Assembly: GCF_964355755.1 (NCBI RefSeq)
Contig: NC_092671.1
Location: 25,184,070 to 25,248,069, forward strand
Origin: Antedon mediterranea
Lineage: Eukaryota; Animalia; Echinodermata
Length of the DNA: 64,000 nucleotides
Reading direction: 5' to 3'
Shown here: in pieces, positions 59,179 through 64,000 of the stretch
How the letters are laid out: each line of letters opens with the position of its first letter
How positions within the stretch are numbered: the first letter of the stretch is position 1
Position numbers and translations under genes: made by a program
The notes under the pieces: model-generated
What the model was told of the DNA's origin: nothing
Seen by the model: the letters and a program-made list of their open reading frames with translations, nothing else
Database searches by the model: none

Positions 59179-61201
59179 TACAGTATGTCTGGTTTCCTTT
59201 TCTTTTTCTTTTTAAAAAAGAATCCCAAATGCTGTGGCCTAAATTTGTTTAGTTAGTTTGCAAAGTTTTGCATGGCGAGTAAAGTTAAGTTTGTGGAATA
59301 CTAAAAGGTTTTTGCATTAAAGAAAGAAACTAATAACCAACCTTACTTCGTATTAATTGAGGAATCGCATGGTGTACCACAAATCAAACTTTATGAAGCC
59401 AATTATTTAGACATAGATATGCCTATAAATATTTAAATAATAGACTTTATTGTATACAATAATAATAATATGTAAATACAAGACTTTTTAACCAATCATA
59501 GAATAAGTTTTTATAGTAAACTTAAATTAAATTGTATCCATTATTATGCCAGTAAATAATTATAATTACATACTTCGCACCTTGACTATTTGTATTCCGA
59601 ATATTGTTTTTGTAATTATTTTTGAAATTATACAGTACATTTTAGGCAGTAGATGAAAATGTCTTGTTTGTTGTATACAAACTATATGAACAGTGTTTTG
59701 TGCAATAATTATATAAGTTGTTTTTTTATAAAGGTAGCCTAAAGAAATTAATGCCATAGGCAATTTCTGTAATTTAACATTAATAAAGTGCACTTTAGAA
59801 CCACACTTTAGAACCAGTCAGAAGTAGAAATCTATTTCACCCTCAGCAGTTAATGACGGGAACAATTTACCATACCATATTGGTAATACCAGAAGATCCA
59901 ATGAATATTTTACGACGGTAACTTCAAGAAACAGAACACATAAATAAATAAACATTCATAATTTTTGAAGAACATGAAAATAAAAAATTCCCATTTTAAA
60001 CTTGACTTAATAATGAGACAATTGTTAATGACACATTGTCTAATACCTAAATCATGTTCTATATACAGTATCATGCTACAACAGTAAATGATTTTTATTT
60101 GTACTAAAGCATTGAATAGGTATGTAGATAGTATTAAAAGTTATGACTTGACTATAACTGAACCTTTGTTTTATTGTTATTGATTCACATTTTCCTACCA
60201 ATAAGCCATAAGCAGTAGCTGAAAAAGACCTAACAAATGAATATCGTTCCCACCTCTAAGATCTAAAAGTTTGATTATCAAGTCAAGTCTTATCTCTTTA
60301 TTTTTTTTTTGTAGAATGTTTTTCTAAAACTTGTAAACTTATACCCAGACCTTACTTAGAAATTTTCAAACAGTTTTTTTCGCTTTATTGCTCCTACTTT
60401 TTTTAATTCTCTTCCTTTTGATATCCGACCTTCCTCAAGAACCATCTTCTTGTTTAGTTCTTCCTTTTTCCTATCTTTTCTTCTGAGAGGGCCAATTTAA
60501 TTTATTTTATTAAATTTTTGATTCTAAATTGTTTGTTCTTTATTTTATCTTTATAAATTATATTTATTTTTATTTAATTTGTATTGTTACATGTTAATGT
60601 CTTGTCATGATGTATTTCTGTGAGGGTCCCTAATGATCAGCTTCGGTTGGATGGACCACCCTTGTAAAATAGACTTGTGACAGTCTATGACTGTCTACAG
60701 TATATCTATCTATTTAAATTAACAATATTTATTTAGATCAATTGCAGAATTTTATAGTTTTATCTCAATTTTATTGGAATTATTAATATTATTATTATTC
60801 ATTTTATGTAAGTATTTCGATGTGGAGAGCCTTTCGACGGTTATTTTTATTTATAACTTTTAGGTAATCCGGCCTCATTAATTTAGTTATGTTATTTTTT
60901 TGTACTGTATTGTATATTGGTGAAATAAATGATATGATATAACAAACACAACATCCACTTGTACAACAAGGTATATTTAGATTCAAATTGTGACAGTCTA
61001 AGACTGTCTACAGCATTTATCAACTTGTACAGTCTATGACTGTCTACAGCATTTAAATACACTAAACATCCACCTGTACAACATTTAAAGTATTTTATCA
61101 GTTTATCAGAGTGTGTATTTATTGAATTCGGTCTTGGTCAATATAGTTGGTAGATTTCCAGACTATTGAGGAATTCCAGGAAGTTCGTCATATGTGATAT
61201 T

Positions 61202-63790
61202 TTATTTGGCATGTTTCACAAAGTTGTAATCTAAATAACAACTGCCTGGTACGATTGATTATGCAGTAGTAGTAAAACAACTTAAGCGCAGCTTGTAACC
61301 ACGTGATGATGAAGTATTCATCTATCCATTCTCTGCCTTTCCTAATTATGCTTGCTTTTCTTATGTCGTAATTCTTAAACTAACTTAACTTATCTTAATT
61401 AACTTGAAACACATATGGATTTAAAAGGTCCTATAGATACGTATTTTTCACGCTGCTGCTCTAGCCCGCTACGTCACACGAGATGACTCATTCATTAGAT
61501 GAAATCAAGCAGCTTTATAGTACTACACTTTGACATTTTTGTTAAAATGGAAACTCCACTATAATTTATTGGTACCACCTGTTGAATCCAAAAACGGCTG
61601 AGAAAAGAGTCTAACGACAAATCCCAAAGCATTCTGGTATTTATGAGTCCCATGATATAATTCACTGTCAGATAATCATTGAATTATTATCAAAACAGTC
61701 CATTGAAGTTTTTGTTTGTAATAGGATACTTGAAGTATCTAGGCGTGATGAAGTGACCCCCAGACTTGACCTTAGCAATAACAATAAGCGAGCAGCGTTT
61801 TTTGTAAGAAATATTCTTGTTTAAATTATAAAGTAAACGTTTAAATCACAAATTTGAGCTTTAAAATCAGCATTGTATTGTTTTTTGAAACCTTAGGAAA
61901 ATAATAGACAATTTTGCTAGTCTTTAATTTCTAATGACTTTCATTAATTTGAAATTTTACTTAAATGCATTACGGGAAGGGCTAACAAGTAAACATAATA
62001 ACGTTTATTCTCTCTCTCCCCACCTTAAATACAACAATTATATTTTTGTAGATAAATATCTTAAGTATAGGCATCCAAATGAAGTTGGATAGCCGAGTGG
62101 TTAGGAAACTTGACTGTCATACAGATAGACCTGGGTTCAATTCCCGACAACTCCCAGTCCATTAAGATGGATAAAAAATATAGATTATTATAAATATAGT
62201 TTCTTTCCTTCCTATAACTCCATGTGCGTTAAATTTACTCAACAACAAAAATGTGGCAACCATCTTGTCCAAATTTATATTGCGCGTGTTCTCCTTCGGA
62301 ATGGAGTGCGTCGCATTTCAGTGCGTTTTCCGACGAACTCTCAATCTGGAACGCGTTGCATATTTTGTTTGAAACGCAAAAATAAAAGCATTGAATGTGA
62401 CTGCGGACAAACGCACTTCCCAGAGTTAGATCAGTTAATTCACTTTCTTTCAGACAGACTGGATCAGCGCCTCTGCTCTTTCCATAAACTTCCTTCGATA
62501 TGTACACGTGCCTCTCTGAAAAAAAAAAACATATTGTAAATGATCGAACAGAAATTGACCATGTTCCTTCAATTTTTTGTCTTCGATATGTTAATGTGCC
62601 TCTCTGCATAAAAAAAATTGTAAATGTGAAACAAACAATTCTGTAAAATGACGGAATTCACAAACTTTAGATATAATATTTCAAAATCGCCGACTATTTG
62701 TAAAGTAGTTTATAATATAATTTTAATTAATGAACAATGTGAATATTGTTGCGCAGTTTGAAATAGCCTTGAGGTTTATTGATTTTCCTCTATGGTACAG
62801 TTTATTTTTGTGACCTCAGATTCTTTTTAAAGTAGTATCTTTTGGTGGTGAAACAAGGAGAATAACTTATTCTCCATGGTTGAACTAGGTCTGGGTGGGA
62901 AGCTCACGGACAACACGTAGTTTCAAATAATATTTTTTATATATACTGTAATATAAGTTATACCCTTTTCACAAATAGCATCGTGAACACCTTCCAAACA
63001 ATTGTCATCCACCCATTCCATTGACGAACACAACAATGCTGCACAGTCTGCCGAATACCGGTGGCCGCCAAGTACCTCTATATCGTAATCATTTGGCTGG
63101 CCAGGTATCCACACTGTAAAATAAACATGTATTCTTATTTATATCCTAATGTATCGACATCGTGCCGGGCAAAGACGCTCTTTCTTTTCGGCAATTATTT
63201 CAAACCATCTGTAATATCCATAATCGATGACTTTGTAGGCTAGTATAGTAACCCTCCTGTTCATGGGACATCCCTATTATATGGAAATGAGGGCAATTCT
63301 GTTAATACGGTCAACTCCTACGCGAAGAAAACTCAATTGAGGGGACAGTTTTGAGCGTGTCCTATTATGAAACAATATTTTTCAACGACAAAAACAAACA
63401 AAAAAGACAAAATAATTATATTCATTTCTATCCTTTAGGCATGCAGCTACATAATATTATAAGAGCTTCAGACTAGCCTATCGTAATGGTAATTCTCTGT
63501 ATGTACCATTGCTTAATACTGTAGAGTAGACCTACATTCAAAGTTGTTATCCTCCACTCCTGTCCACTGCCAAACTCCTTCAACTTCTAAATCGTTAAAT
63601 CCGATCCAGTACGCTTGACCACTTATGCAAAATTCACTTATAAACGTATTAACGGCTTCAGTGTTTACCGTAACTAACGTTGCTGAAAAGCTCTTGCACA
63701 GTTGGAGTGAATCCATCCAGTTGAGCTGATTTTCAACAAATCTATAGCAACGGCGACCAAACGGATACCACAGATCCTGACAACCCGACT
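61202..63790 (-). CDS. C-type lectin domain gene, 3' part (exons 63790-63536, 63113-62964, probable terminal exon 61230-61202); 5' end outside the window
   Basis: CQDLWYPFGRRCYRF..NWMDSLQLC..ATLV..YWIGFNDLEVEGVWQW | WIPGQPND..DCAAL..WVDDNC..AICEK with phase-1 GT-AG junctions. The last exon (DYNFVKHAK*) is less certain. Confidence 0.88.
61449..61819 (+). mobile_element. Helentron/DINE-like element, second copy
   Basis: Reverse-complement match to 21046-21085 plus 21359-21708. Confidence 0.65.
62088..62150 (+). mobile_element. tRNA-derived SINE head fragment
   Basis: TAGCCGAGTGGTTA (A box) and GGTTCAATTCC (B box), with no intact cloverleaf acceptor stem. Confidence 0.5.
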
Positions 63791-64000
63791 CTGTTAAATA
63801 CCATTACAACTCATAAACACTTTTAATAAGTTGATAGTGCTAATATAAATGTTACGACCGAATAATCCATCATCTAAAAATTTGGTGTTTCAGGAGTTAT
63901 TACAATAAAACTAAGCCAATAATCATCAACAGAAATATGTTTTACCAGCGTAATAAATCGGCTTCAACCCGCTATTAGATTGGACTGGATTTGATTAAAG

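Overview
AT-rich, intron-containing eukaryotic DNA, probably from a marine invertebrate deuterostome such as an echinoderm (inferred from a Deu/Nin-domain SINE and the gene families present). It is not prokaryotic, and I see no CRISPR array, rRNA or true tRNA gene. Genes reconstructed by hand from GT-AG junctions: (i) a minus-strand 4-exon ankyrin-repeat/coiled-coil gene (about 429 aa) whose first exon is duplicated and whose last two exons occur in three copies, two of them frameshifted; (ii) two plus-strand non-RD tyrosine-kinase-like genes with a 22-aa N-terminal tandem repeat, nested antisense in the ankyrin gene's first-intron region (one intact, 631 aa; one pseudogene); (iii) a single-coding-exon class A peptide-type GPCR; (iv) an intronless Ig-superfamily receptor pseudogene with a C-terminal ITIM, split by a hAT-like element and a 5'-truncated L1/Tx1 with clear TSDs; (v) a 16-exon calcyphosine-2 (CAPS2) orthologue (660 aa); (vi) the 3' exons of a C-type lectin gene. 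The window also holds a 1.9-kb 63/66-bp minisatellite, a Helitron, Helentron-like elements, MITEs, SINEs and LINE fragments. All assignments come from motif recognition, with no database searches, and exon coordinates were counted by hand.
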